A stretch of DNA of 63,692 bases, counting the filler, from an uncultured Gemmatimonadota bacterium (GTDB lineage Bacteria > Blakebacterota > Blakebacteria > Blakebacterales > Blakebacteraceae): assembly GCA_964576115.1 (NCBI GenBank). It is 12 parts of 12 records of this genome, joined end to end, with 100 filler letters (N's around TTAATTAATTAA, not from the genome) between each part and the next. Parts side by side here need not be neighbours in the genome. Positions count along the whole stretch, not along the records: positions 1 to 7,182 come from CAZNUA010000097.1; positions 7,283 to 14,276 come from CAZNUA010000098.1; 10 more parts are not named here. One strand, written 5' to 3'. Under the pieces are notes generated by a model. It saw nothing but the letters and a program-made list of their open reading frames with translations, made no database searches and was not told the DNA's origin. The stretch's first letter is position 1. Each line of letters starts with the position of its first letter. Shown piece after piece: positions 1 to 8,146 of the stretch. The position numbers and the translations under genes were made by a program.

Positions 1-1604
1 TCGGGCGAGGTCGAGGGGGCAGTCACCAGGTACCCCTGCGGATCCTCCACCAGGAAATCGAGACAGAAGCGGGCCGCTCCCTTCATCAGCGGCCAGGCAT
101 AATCGCGCAGCCAGGTCTCATCCCGGGTGAAGAGGTAATGCTCCCAGAGGTGCAGGCTGAGCCAGGCTCCGGCCATCGACCAGTTGGCCCAGACCGGGTG
201 CCCGCTGCCGAAGCCGCCCACCGGATTGGTCATCGCCCAAAGATCGGAGTTGTGACTCGCACACCAGCCGCGGGCATCATAGAAGGTGCGGGCAGTCACC
301 GCCCCCGTTTCGGCCAGGCGTCCGATGAAAGCCAGGAGCGGTTCGTGCATCTCGCTTAAGTGGGTCACTTCGGACGGCCAGTAATTCATCTCGACATTGA
401 TGTTCATGGTGTAATTGCTGCTCCAGGGCGGTCGCAGGTGCGGGTTCCAGATTCCCTGGAGATTGGCCGGGATACCGCCGGGGCGCGAGGAAGAGATCAG
501 CAGGTAGCGCCCGAACTGGAAATAGAGCGCTTCGAGATCGGGATCGTCGGCCCCCGCGGCATATGCCCGCAGGCGATCGTCGATCGGTTCGGCCGGGGGG
601 GTGGCGCTGTTCAGCGAGAGGGTGACCCGGTCGAAGTACCTCCCGAAATCCACCTCGTGCCGGGCGAGCAGATCGGCCCACGAATGCTGTGAGGCGGCCG
701 TCAGGTACCCGGCCGCCAGCGCCCGTTCATCGCGACCTTCCAGACCGGGATCTCGGTCGAAACCGTTGTAGCTGGTCGCGATCGAAACCAGAATCAGGGC
801 CTCGCCGGCCCCGCGCACCGCAATTTCGTCTTCGGTGACCGTCATCTCACCGTCGGTCTCGACAACCCGGGCCATGACCCGGAAGCGCATACCCTTGCCG
901 CCGGGATCGTAGACGATCGCATTCTCACGCTCGCCCCGGTAATTGGGTTCAGCATGCACCGGAGCCCGGCCGTCCATGAGCAGGGTGGCCCGATCGGTTG
1001 TCACGGCATGCTCGAGCTGACAGGCAGCACCGATCCGGAAGTCGAGGGTTCCGGGTTCGGAGACCTGCAATCTGATCGCGATGACCTGATCGGGAGCGGA
1101 TACGAAGATCTCGCGGGAAAACCCGATCCTGCCGGCTGTAAATGTGGTCCGGGTCACGGCCCGTCGCAGATCGAGTTCGCGCCGGTACTCCACCGGTGAG
1201 CCGGGAAGAGAACAATCGATCAGAAGATCTCCGAGGGGAGCATACGACTCGCTGAACTTGCCCTGCAGGGCCGTGACCGCTGAGTCCGCTTCGGCCCATC
1301 GCCCGGCGAAGAGCAGCTCGCGAATCCCGGCCAGGTGCTCGTGGGCGTCGGGATTCATCCAGGGATCGACCGGTTCTCCCGCCCAGAGCGTTTCTTCGTT
1401 CAGAATCAGCTTCTCGCGGGAGGGATCACCGTGAACCATAACCCCGATCCGGCCGTTGCCGAGCGGGAACGCCTCCTCGAAATACCGGGCCGGCCCGTCG
1501 AACCAGACGGTCCGCGGCGGCGCCGGCGCCTGACGGCATGAAATCAGACTGCCGATGACACACCCCAGGACCAGCCCGCACAGTACTCTTCGTCCCGTAT
1601 CCAT
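1..1604 (-). CDS. Glycoside hydrolase family 95 (alpha-1,2-L-fucosidase-like), probable lipoprotein; 3' end runs off the window
   Basis: Not in the ORF track because it has no stop in the window. Manual translation from ATG 1604 (alternative 1616): MDTGRRVLCGLVLGCVIGSLISC...WFDGPARYFEEAFPLGNGRIG...LNEETLWAG...YFQFGRYLLISSSRPG..PANLQGIWN..PPWSSNYTMNINVEMNYWP...HLWEHYLFT...LVTAPSTSP. These are GH95 hallmark motifs. Confidence 0.93.
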   Translation of the reverse strand, partial: MDTGRRVLCGLVLGCVIGSLISCRQAPAPPRTVWFDGPARYFEEAFPLGNGRIGVMVHGDPSREKLILNEETLWAGEPVDPWMNPDAHEHLAGIRELLFAGRWAEADSAVTALQGKFSESYAPLGDLLIDCSLPGSPVEYRRELDLRRAVTRTTFTAGRIGFSREIFVSAPDQVIAIRLQVSEPGTLDFRIGAACQLEHAVTTDRATLLMDGRAPVHAEPNYRGERENAIVYDPGGKGMRFRVMARVVETDGEMTVTEDEIAVRGAGEALILVSIATSYNGFDRDPGLEGRDERALAAGYLTAASQHSWADLLARHEVDFGRYFDRVTLSLNSATPPAEPIDDRLRAYAAGADDPDLEALYFQFGRYLLISSSRPGGIPANLQGIWNPHLRPPWSSNYTMNINVEMNYWPSEVTHLSEMHEPLLAFIGRLAETGAVTARTFYDARGWCASHNSDLWAMTNPVGGFGSGHPVWANWSMAGAWLSLHLWEHYLFTRDETWLRDYAWPLMKGAARFCLDFLVEDPQGYLVTAPSTSP

Positions 1605-1665
1605 AGGGCGGATCATATCATGCTTACAGCGCCGGTGCAGGCCGGGAGTGCGGGCTAGGGGACGA

Positions 1666-2925
1666 TCAGTGGACCAGGCGGTACCGTCTCACGGTCGGCA
1701 CGTCATCGGAACCTCTGACGAGAGCGATGATCATATCGGCGTCGATGAACGGCTGAGGATCCGTCTGGAATCCTTCAGGCAGCATCACCTCGCCCAGATA
1801 CCGGCCGGTTTCCTCGAAGACATCCAGGCTGAACGATTCCGCCCAGCAGGGATGGCGTTCGTACTCAGCATACGTGTCCGGTTCCGGGTCGCCCTCCTCG
1901 AGCCGGATCCCCGGGCCCGGCCGGCGGACCCAGATCCACCCGTTCCGGTCGGGGATGAGGGCGTCGAAAGCGGGTTTGCGCGAAGGGATGGCCCGCCCGG
2001 TCCATGCCCAGCCGGGCTGACTCAGGCGGATGGAGGCGATGGTGCGGTTCCGGTACCAGCGCCACTCGTCCGGCTCGAACGGTACCGGTTCTCTGACCCA
2101 CTCAATGACCGTCCTCGAACCGTCGGGGCGATCGACAGTGAATCCGGTCTGATCCGAGATGCCGCTCACCATGGCCCCGGAGGGGCTCATGGCCCAGACC
2201 AGCTCGGGAGCAAACGGCACCCAGGTGGCCAGCAGGCCCTGCCCGGAGTTGAATTCGATGATCCAGGGTTCATGGTCATAAGCGGGTACGCTCAGGGTGT
2301 CGGCGATGATCCCGCCCGGGGTGACCTGCACCATGGCCTGGTACCTGATGCGGTTGGTTCCCCGGTCGGGGAGCCGGGCGATGGTCCAGAGACGGCCGTC
2401 GGTGCACAGAACCGGAGGGTGCAGCGATACCGACCCGGTCCGCAGAGGCCAGCTCTCGATATATTCACCTTCGGATGAGTAGAGATTCATCCGGCTCAGG
2501 GCGGCATCCCGCACATATATCGTCCCGTCGTCCGGGCTGACGACGATCCCGGCAGGCCCCAGATATTCCCCCGGGCCGCTTCCCCGGCGTCCGACAGTGC
2601 GCACGAAACGCCCTGTATAATCGTACACCCGGATGGTGAGCGGTTGCTGATTCAGCACATAGATCAAACCGGCCCGGGCGTAGAGCCCCACGACCCGGCC
2701 CAGCACATATTCTTCGGATCCATCGGCCACACCTATCGAAGCCTCGAGTTCCAGCCGGGACGGCGCGCCCCACACCGAACCGCCCAGTGTGCGGACGGTG
2801 CGTAGGCCATCCTGCTCCTCGATCTCATATCGCCAGGCATTCGCCTCACGGGAGGTACCGGTACAGGCACTGCCGACGAATGCCATCAGCAGGCACCCGG
2901 CCCAGATCATTCGCGTGGACGGCAT
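1666..2925 (-). CDS. 6-bladed beta-propeller (NHL-like) lipoprotein
   Basis: Start taken at MPSTRMIWAGC, with hydrophobic signal and lipobox-like GSAC. Contains YDYTGRFVRTVGRRGSGPGEYLGP and DRNGWIWV..LDVFEETGRYLGEV. Confidence 0.8.
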   Translation of the reverse strand: MPSTRMIWAGCLLMAFVGSACTGTSREANAWRYEIEEQDGLRTVRTLGGSVWGAPSRLELEASIGVADGSEEYVLGRVVGLYARAGLIYVLNQQPLTIRVYDYTGRFVRTVGRRGSGPGEYLGPAGIVVSPDDGTIYVRDAALSRMNLYSSEGEYIESWPLRTGSVSLHPPVLCTDGRLWTIARLPDRGTNRIRYQAMVQVTPGGIIADTLSVPAYDHEPWIIEFNSGQGLLATWVPFAPELVWAMSPSGAMVSGISDQTGFTVDRPDGSRTVIEWVREPVPFEPDEWRWYRNRTIASIRLSQPGWAWTGRAIPSRKPAFDALIPDRNGWIWVRRPGPGIRLEEGDPEPDTYAEYERHPCWAESFSLDVFEETGRYLGEVMLPEGFQTDPQPFIDADMIIALVRGSDDVPTVRRYRLVH

Positions 2926-3034
2926 TGGCGTCTTTCCCTCTGCCGAATGAGGTGAGTTGACCTTCAGAACGTATACACCATCACCGTACCGACAGTTGAG
3001 CAATTCCGATCCGGTTTCGGGAACCGCTCCGACA

Positions 3035-4792
3035 CTACCGCCGATCGGCAGGGCGCTGATAGACGATGCGGTCCCCGGGATTTTCGATTCCGAACACTTC
3101 GCCATCGAAACCCCACTCCCCGATCCATCGGGCGGTAGCGGCAAAGAGATCGGTGCGCCGGGCATTGTCGAGCAGGCAGAGAGCCGCCGGCTGCAGGACC
3201 TCGATCACCAGGCGCAGATCGGAAGCGGCGAGTTCCCCGACGGGATGCGCGGGCAGAAAAGCAAGATCGACCGGTCCGAAGCGTTCCCGCACGACCTCGA
3301 GATCGTGCCGGTACTTCTCTGGTTCATCGGTCGAAAAGTTGGCGTAGTACAGGGTGAGCCCGTCGACCCGGATGATATATGCGACCGTCATGAAGCCGTA
3401 CGTGCACGGCACGCTCTGCAGCTCGAGATCGCCGAAATCGCGGCTCTCTCCCGGAGTCAGATAAACGGTGCTGCAACACCCCCGCCAGGCTTCGCGTTCG
3501 TTGTGGATATAGGTCACATGGGCGAGGGAATCCTCGATCTCGTGGAGGTATTCGGTCATGTCGGGCCAGTGCCAGGTCGTATACAGGACGTACAGATTCT
3601 GATCGCCGACCTCCGAGGCCCGGACGAAACCGTTGGTCAGGCAGGGCCGGGCGGGTTTGGCGACCTGGTGCTCGAAGCTGTTGATCACCAGCATGTGATC
3701 GACGGTGCGGATCGCCCAGCCGCCGGAGTCGAGCCACCAGGCGACGGCCTCGCCCTCGGCCGGAGACAAGGGGGTGAGCGATCGGCGAGCCTCTCGCTCC
3801 ACCGCCCCGGTCAGGGGTGAGGCTCCCCGCGAAAGCAGCAGCCGGGTCGTCGAGGGGTGGGCGTACCTGACGGCATAATAGAGTGGCGTTCTGTGTCGCG
3901 TATCGGTCGGATCCACTTCCGCCCCGGCGGTCAGAAGCAGGATGCAGATATCGTCATACCCCCTGATCGCCGCCAGATGGAGCAGGGTGTGTCCGCTCGC
4001 CGGGTCGACAAAGTCGAAACGGGCTCCGTATTCGAGCAGCAGTTGCACGATATCGGCTACACCGTTCGTCACCACTGTCCGGAGCAGTGGTGCATCCACC
4101 GCATCGGAAGCTGCAACGTCGGCTCCGTGCTCCAGGTAGAGCCGTACGATTTCGACCGAACCGCACCTGACCGCGAACTGCAGTTCGCTCTGTCCCTCGG
4201 CGGTGCTCACTCCGTTGACATCGGCACCGTGCTCGAGTGCAAAGCGGGCCATGTGTAGGTTCCCGAAGGTCGAGGCCAGATTGAGCCACGTCGCTATACC
4301 GCCGTCGGTAGGGTCGTACGGCGTCCCCCGTTCGATGAGGTAGGCAGTTACTCCCGAGAAACCGGTCCGGCATTCGACCCAAAAGGCGATGTCGATCGCC
4401 GGGCCGTACGAGTTGTGGGCGGCGGTACAGTCCGCTCCCCGTTCGGCGAGGATCCGGACCACCGGCAGGTGATTGCCCAGGACCGCTCCGATCAGGGGCG
4501 TCGCTCCGGAGCCGTCGGCGGATTCGATCTCGGCGCCGGCGTCGAGCAGGAAGGTGACGATCTCGACGTGCCCGGTGGCCGCAGCGTGATAGAGGGGCGT
4601 CCGATCCCGATCATCGCGGCTATCCCGCAAGGTCGGGTCTTCCGCCAGGAGGGTCCTGACCCGGTTCAGATCTCCGGCCGCGGCCGCGGTGTGGATCGGT
4701 CCGGCGGTCTGTGAGGCCGGAGCACTCAGGGGAACCTGCACCAGAAGTGCGATGCCGAATACCAGTGCTCTGTCACGCAACAAACGTCGCAT
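3035..4792 (-). CDS. Secreted ankyrin-repeat protein with C-terminal degenerate metallo-beta-lactamase-fold domain
   Basis: Signal peptide, then ~8-9 ankyrin repeats (TPLYHAAATGHVEIVTFLLDAGA, TLLHLAAIRGYDDICILLLTAGA). The C-terminal region WWLDSGGWAIRT..VDGLTLYYA..VDLAFLP resembles an MBL fold. GGAGG RBS upstream. Confidence 0.8.
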   Translation of the reverse strand: MRRLLRDRALVFGIALLVQVPLSAPASQTAGPIHTAAAAGDLNRVRTLLAEDPTLRDSRDDRDRTPLYHAAATGHVEIVTFLLDAGAEIESADGSGATPLIGAVLGNHLPVVRILAERGADCTAAHNSYGPAIDIAFWVECRTGFSGVTAYLIERGTPYDPTDGGIATWLNLASTFGNLHMARFALEHGADVNGVSTAEGQSELQFAVRCGSVEIVRLYLEHGADVAASDAVDAPLLRTVVTNGVADIVQLLLEYGARFDFVDPASGHTLLHLAAIRGYDDICILLLTAGAEVDPTDTRHRTPLYYAVRYAHPSTTRLLLSRGASPLTGAVEREARRSLTPLSPAEGEAVAWWLDSGGWAIRTVDHMLVINSFEHQVAKPARPCLTNGFVRASEVGDQNLYVLYTTWHWPDMTEYLHEIEDSLAHVTYIHNEREAWRGCCSTVYLTPGESRDFGDLELQSVPCTYGFMTVAYIIRVDGLTLYYANFSTDEPEKYRHDLEVVRERFGPVDLAFLPAHPVGELAASDLRLVIEVLQPAALCLLDNARRTDLFAATARWIGEWGFDGEVFGIENPGDRIVYQRPADRR

Positions 4793-6468
4793 TCGAGCGC
4801 CTCCGTATTAATGTGACTTAAATCACACATACAATACGGACATGCCTGCATATTGTTCCCCGCGTATGAAATCAAAGACCCGCGACCTGTCCCCTGTTCA
4901 AAACGCCTGATGAATCCCGGCCGGTTCCCGAGTTCCCGGATGAGGTGATAGACCAGACGTGAAATCGCCTGCATCCGTTCGAAGTCGAGCAGTTCGACAT
5001 CGTCGCTCGGGCGGTGCAGGTCGCGATGGTAACCGGAGAAAAAGAAGACGGCCGGAATCCCGATCCGGCGGAACCACATGTCATCACTCAGGTCGGCTGT
5101 GATACCGTCCTCCAGCTTGAGCGGCCAGTTGACGGTCCGGACATTCACCTCCTGGAGGATCTCGGTCAGTTCGGGATTGATTGTACCGGAGTTGTAGGCG
5201 TAGTGACTGCGATCGTTCGCCGGATCCCGCTCCGCACGTCCGATCATGTCGAGATTGACAGCGGCCTCGAGACTATCGACCGGCACCGGACAGGCATTGA
5301 GAAAGTGCCGCGATCCGAGCATGCCGTATTCTTCGCCGGTAAAGAGGATGAAGATCACCGACCGTTGCGGCGGATCCATGGCCAGGGCTTCGGCTATCTC
5401 GAGCACGCCAGTGCAGCCGCTGGCGTTGTCGTCGGCGCCGTTCATGATCTGCCCGTCCTGCGGCTCCAGGTGATCGAGGTGGGCCATCAGGACGAGATAG
5501 CGGTTCTTCAATACCGGGTGGGTACCTTCGAGACAACCGACCACATTCCACGATTCCTCCGGCTGGTCGGTGATCTCGGCCGATACTGTCAGGGTGACAT
5601 CTTCAAATTCGAAGGTGCGATACCGTCTCAGGTTGATACCCCGTATTGCCAGAGGATCGAAGATCTGGCGGGCGAACATCGCCCGGGCCGCCTCCGGCTT
5701 GATGATCATGAACGGAGGATCCCACACCACGGTCTCCGTCCCACCATAGATTTCCGTATTGCGGGCGAAGGCAGTCGATATCTGATCCCATCCGGGCAGA
5801 ATGTCCTCATCCGCGATGACGAGGTAGCCGGCGGCCCCCTCATCCGCCATGTCCCGCATTTTTTCATACAGGCCGGGAACTCCGTCGTACCGGTCGTGGA
5901 CATCCTCCGGCAGCAGCGGCTTTCCCCTCCGCTGCGGGGCACCGACGAGCAGGACTGCTATCTTCCCGGCCAGATCGAGTCCCTCCAGGTCGTTCCAGCC
6001 GTGTTCGGGCTGTTCGATACCGTAGCCGGCGAAGACCATCCGGCGGGGGACCTGCGGATCGGGGTAGAGTTCCCCCCGCGTCCACACGACATCGGTCCGG
6101 TGGGCAAGCGTGCGCCGACTGTCGGGAGTGTCGAGAATCAGGGTGATCTCCTCACCTATCCTCCGGCGCAGGATCGGCACCGCCTGCAGGAAAGTCGGAT
6201 TCCCCTCGCCGTCGGTCCCCAGCGGCTCGAGTCCTGCCGCAGCGAACTCGGCCGCGCAGTATTCAGCCGCCAGCTCGTATCCCCGCGATCCGAGGTAACG
6301 GCCTTCGAGTTCGTCGGAAGCGAGGTAGGTGACGTGCTCCCGTAACTCGGCGATGGTGATCGAAGCCGCAGGATCCTTTCCACCCTGCTGCGCAGCTCCG
6401 ATCGCCGGCCCGCACAGGACCGCAGCGAACGGGAAGATGCATGCCTGGAGCGTATGTCTCAGAGTCAT
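4726..6468 (-). CDS. M28 family zinc aminopeptidase with PA domain, secreted
   Basis: Signal peptide from MTLRHT. Motifs YLASDELEGR, AHLDHL, NGADDNASG, FTGEEYG, NLDMIGR, SDD, DLHRPSDD; PA insert FAGYGIE..DLAGKI. Confidence 0.93.
   Translation of the reverse strand: MTLRHTLQACIFPFAAVLCGPAIGAAQQGGKDPAASITIAELREHVTYLASDELEGRYLGSRGYELAAEYCAAEFAAAGLEPLGTDGEGNPTFLQAVPILRRRIGEEITLILDTPDSRRTLAHRTDVVWTRGELYPDPQVPRRMVFAGYGIEQPEHGWNDLEGLDLAGKIAVLLVGAPQRRGKPLLPEDVHDRYDGVPGLYEKMRDMADEGAAGYLVIADEDILPGWDQISTAFARNTEIYGGTETVVWDPPFMIIKPEAARAMFARQIFDPLAIRGINLRRYRTFEFEDVTLTVSAEITDQPEESWNVVGCLEGTHPVLKNRYLVLMAHLDHLEPQDGQIMNGADDNASGCTGVLEIAEALAMDPPQRSVIFILFTGEEYGMLGSRHFLNACPVPVDSLEAAVNLDMIGRAERDPANDRSHYAYNSGTINPELTEILQEVNVRTVNWPLKLEDGITADLSDDMWFRRIGIPAVFFFSGYHRDLHRPSDDVELLDFERMQAISRLVYHLIRELGNRPGFIRRFEQGTGRGSLISYAGNNMQACPYCMCDLSHINTEALECDVCCVTEHWYSASHFWCRFP
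4802..4840. promoter_or_regulatory. CRP/FNR-type palindrome TGTGA-N6-TCACA nested in a larger inverted repeat overlapping the ankyrin gene RBS
   Basis: TGTGA(4812-16)-cttaaa-TCACA(4823-27), flanked by TCCGTATT(4802-09) and AATACGGA(4833-40), in an AT-rich patch. Confidence 0.55.
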
Positions 6469-6472
6469 GATG

Positions 6473-6910
6473 TCACAACTTCCGGACACACCGGAACGTT
6501 CCCTCGTCGACCTGGCTGCCCTCCTGATAGACAACGAAAGAACCGGTCATCTCATCACGCTCGACCACGCCGGTGACCATCACATCACCACCAGCAATGG
6601 TGGTCTGGAAACTGAAGGTGTTCCCTTCGGAGGTGAAATCCGTGACCGGCCCGTCAGCGACATCCAGCCCCACCTGCAGTTCCACCGAACCCGTCCATGC
6701 TTCCTCTGTCCGATCCAGCACGAGAGTCATATTCGCTGAGAACTCGTTGCCGTCCAGCGTTCCCTCCCAGGTGCCGGTGTACTGGGTATCACCGCGCGAC
6801 ATCCGGGAACCCTGAAAAATCCCGGCACAACCTGTTGCTGCTATCAGCAGAACCAGCGCGAAGTTGAAGCAGAACCTCCTGTGATGATTCATTGCATTTC
6901 GAGTTGGCAT
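6473..6910 (-). CDS. Small hypothetical lipoprotein (~100 aa all-beta domain)
   Basis: Lipobox-like ATGC, then alternating beta-strand pattern YTGTWEGTL..MTLVL..WTGSV..FSFQ..VTGVV..MTGSF. Ends 4 bp before the M28 start. Confidence 0.75.
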   Translation of the reverse strand: MPTRNAMNHHRRFCFNFALVLLIAATGCAGIFQGSRMSRGDTQYTGTWEGTLDGNEFSANMTLVLDRTEEAWTGSVELQVGLDVADGPVTDFTSEGNTFSFQTTIAGGDVMVTGVVERDEMTGSFVVYQEGSQVDEGTFRCVRKL

Positions 6911-7030
6911 TCTCCGGTGTCCTTTCTCACATCAACTCACCTGACATGTTTCTTTCTCTTCATTCAGCCCGTCATGTCTCGACCGGTACAATCGCGGCCG
7001 CCCGGCGGGCAGCTTCCTGTCAACTATCTA

Positions 7031-7055
7031 TATCAACTCCTACAGAAAGTTGATA
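7031..7055. promoter_or_regulatory. Perfect 8-bp inverted repeat, candidate operator
   Basis: TATCAACT-N9-AGTTGATA in the AT-rich region upstream of the 6910 gene. Confidence 0.45.
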
Positions 7056-7127
7056 CGAAGGCGGTGTCGATCAAGTTTCACACCGGAAATAAAAACAACC
7101 TGAAACCAATTCCCGATCGACGTCGTA

Positions 7128-7182
7128 ATATTTGGCGTCGACTAACATTTGCCGTCATCAAATATTTGCCGACGGCAAGCAA
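7128..7182. repeat. Three tandem imperfect 17-bp repeats; the 55 bp are the exact reverse complement of 59862-59916
   Basis: Units ATATTTGGCGTCGACTA / ACATTTGCCGTCATCAA / ATATTTGCCGACGGCAA. Base-by-base match to the contig 11 end. Confidence 0.9.
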
Positions 7183-7282
7183 NNNNNNNNNNNNNNNNNN
7201 NNNNNNNNNNNNNNNNNNNNNNNNNNTTAATTAATTAANNNNNNNNNNNNNNNNNNNNNNNNNNNNNNNNNNNNNNNNNNNN
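7183..7282. other. Artificial contig linker N44-TTAATTAATTAA-N44 (also at 14277, 20371, 26428, 32417, 37485, 42335, 47168, 51551, 55841, 59917)
   Basis: Identical 100-nt spacer with stops in all six frames. Contig lengths fall monotonically (6994, 5994, 5957, 5889, 4968, 4750, 4733, 4283, 4190, 3976). Confidence 0.98.
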
Positions 7283-7686
7283 ACGGCGGTCACTTCGCGG
7301 CGTCTGGCCCGATTGTCGAAATTGACGATGACAATCTGCTGCCACGTCCCCAGACAGAGTTCACCCTCCACCACCGGCAGACAGAGACTGGGTTTGAGCA
7401 GGGCCGAGCGGATGTGGGAGAAACCGTTCCCATCCCCCCAGCGGGTATTGTGCGCGTAGTCGTCGTTGGCCGGAGCGATGAGGGCGAAGGCCCGCTGCAG
7501 ATCGAGGAGAGCCCCCGATTCGTATTCGATCGTAGTCACTCCGCAGGTGGAACCGGTCATCCCCACTGTGACCGTGCCCGTGGTGATCTGCGACTCTTCG
7601 ACCAGCTCCCGCACCCGCTCCGTGAAATCCGCGTGACCGAATTCCTCTTCGAGGTCGACGGTCCAGCGGCGGAATTGGGCACCCAT
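7283..7686 (-). CDS. yjbQ: YjbQ (UPF0047) family, secondary thiamine-phosphate synthase; last codons lost at contig end
   Basis: GSTCGVTTIEYE, YAHNTRWGDGNGFSHIRSALL, LCLGTWQQIVIVNFDNRARRR. Confidence 0.92.
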
Positions 7687-7801
7687 GGCAGGTCTGTCCT
7701 TTCGTCAGGAGTTCGGTGTTTCCTCTTTTCTGTACGCGTTCTCGCAATCGGGAGTTGTCCATGACTTGTCGCGACGGCCCGCAGGCATTACTCTGTGCTC
7801 C

Positions 7802-8110
7802 ATGACACGCGAACTTCCTGCATCGCATCCGTTCAAAGTCACGGTTCCCCGTCGGCGCGACCGGTTCACGGGTGAAGGCGTGAAATGGTACGATCGCGCG
7901 GTCTGGCTGCGCGGCCGCACCCTCGATATTCCCGCCAACGAGCGAACCCTCTTCCAGACGCGGCTCGACCGGTTCTGGGAAGTTGTGGTGCGCTACGAGA
8001 AGAGCGAGGAAACCGGACTCGATCAAGCGGCCCTGGAACGGAGCTTTGCGGACCTCTTCGAACGCTGGCCGGACGCTCTGGGCGAGACAATTCCCCCCGA
8101 GCTCAGGTAG
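7802..8110 (+). CDS. Hypothetical protein (~102 aa)
   Basis: Fills the gap between yjbQ and ispH with protein-like composition; no family recognised; start uncertain. Confidence 0.55.
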   Translation: MTRELPASHPFKVTVPRRRDRFTGEGVKWYDRAVWLRGRTLDIPANERTLFQTRLDRFWEVVVRYEKSEETGLDQAALERSFADLFERWPDALGETIPPELR

Positions 8111-8146
8111 TGCCCTTCCGGATACTCCGGGCGAACCGCGGCGGCG

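Noticed and set aside
7128-7182. Mini-CRISPR array
   Set aside because: Units are 17 bp, contiguous and degenerate, with no spacers and no cas genes.
7183-7282. Recurrent TTAATTAATTAA motif and gene neighbourhoods across it
   Set aside because: Artificial six-frame-stop linker; adjacency across linkers has no biological meaning.
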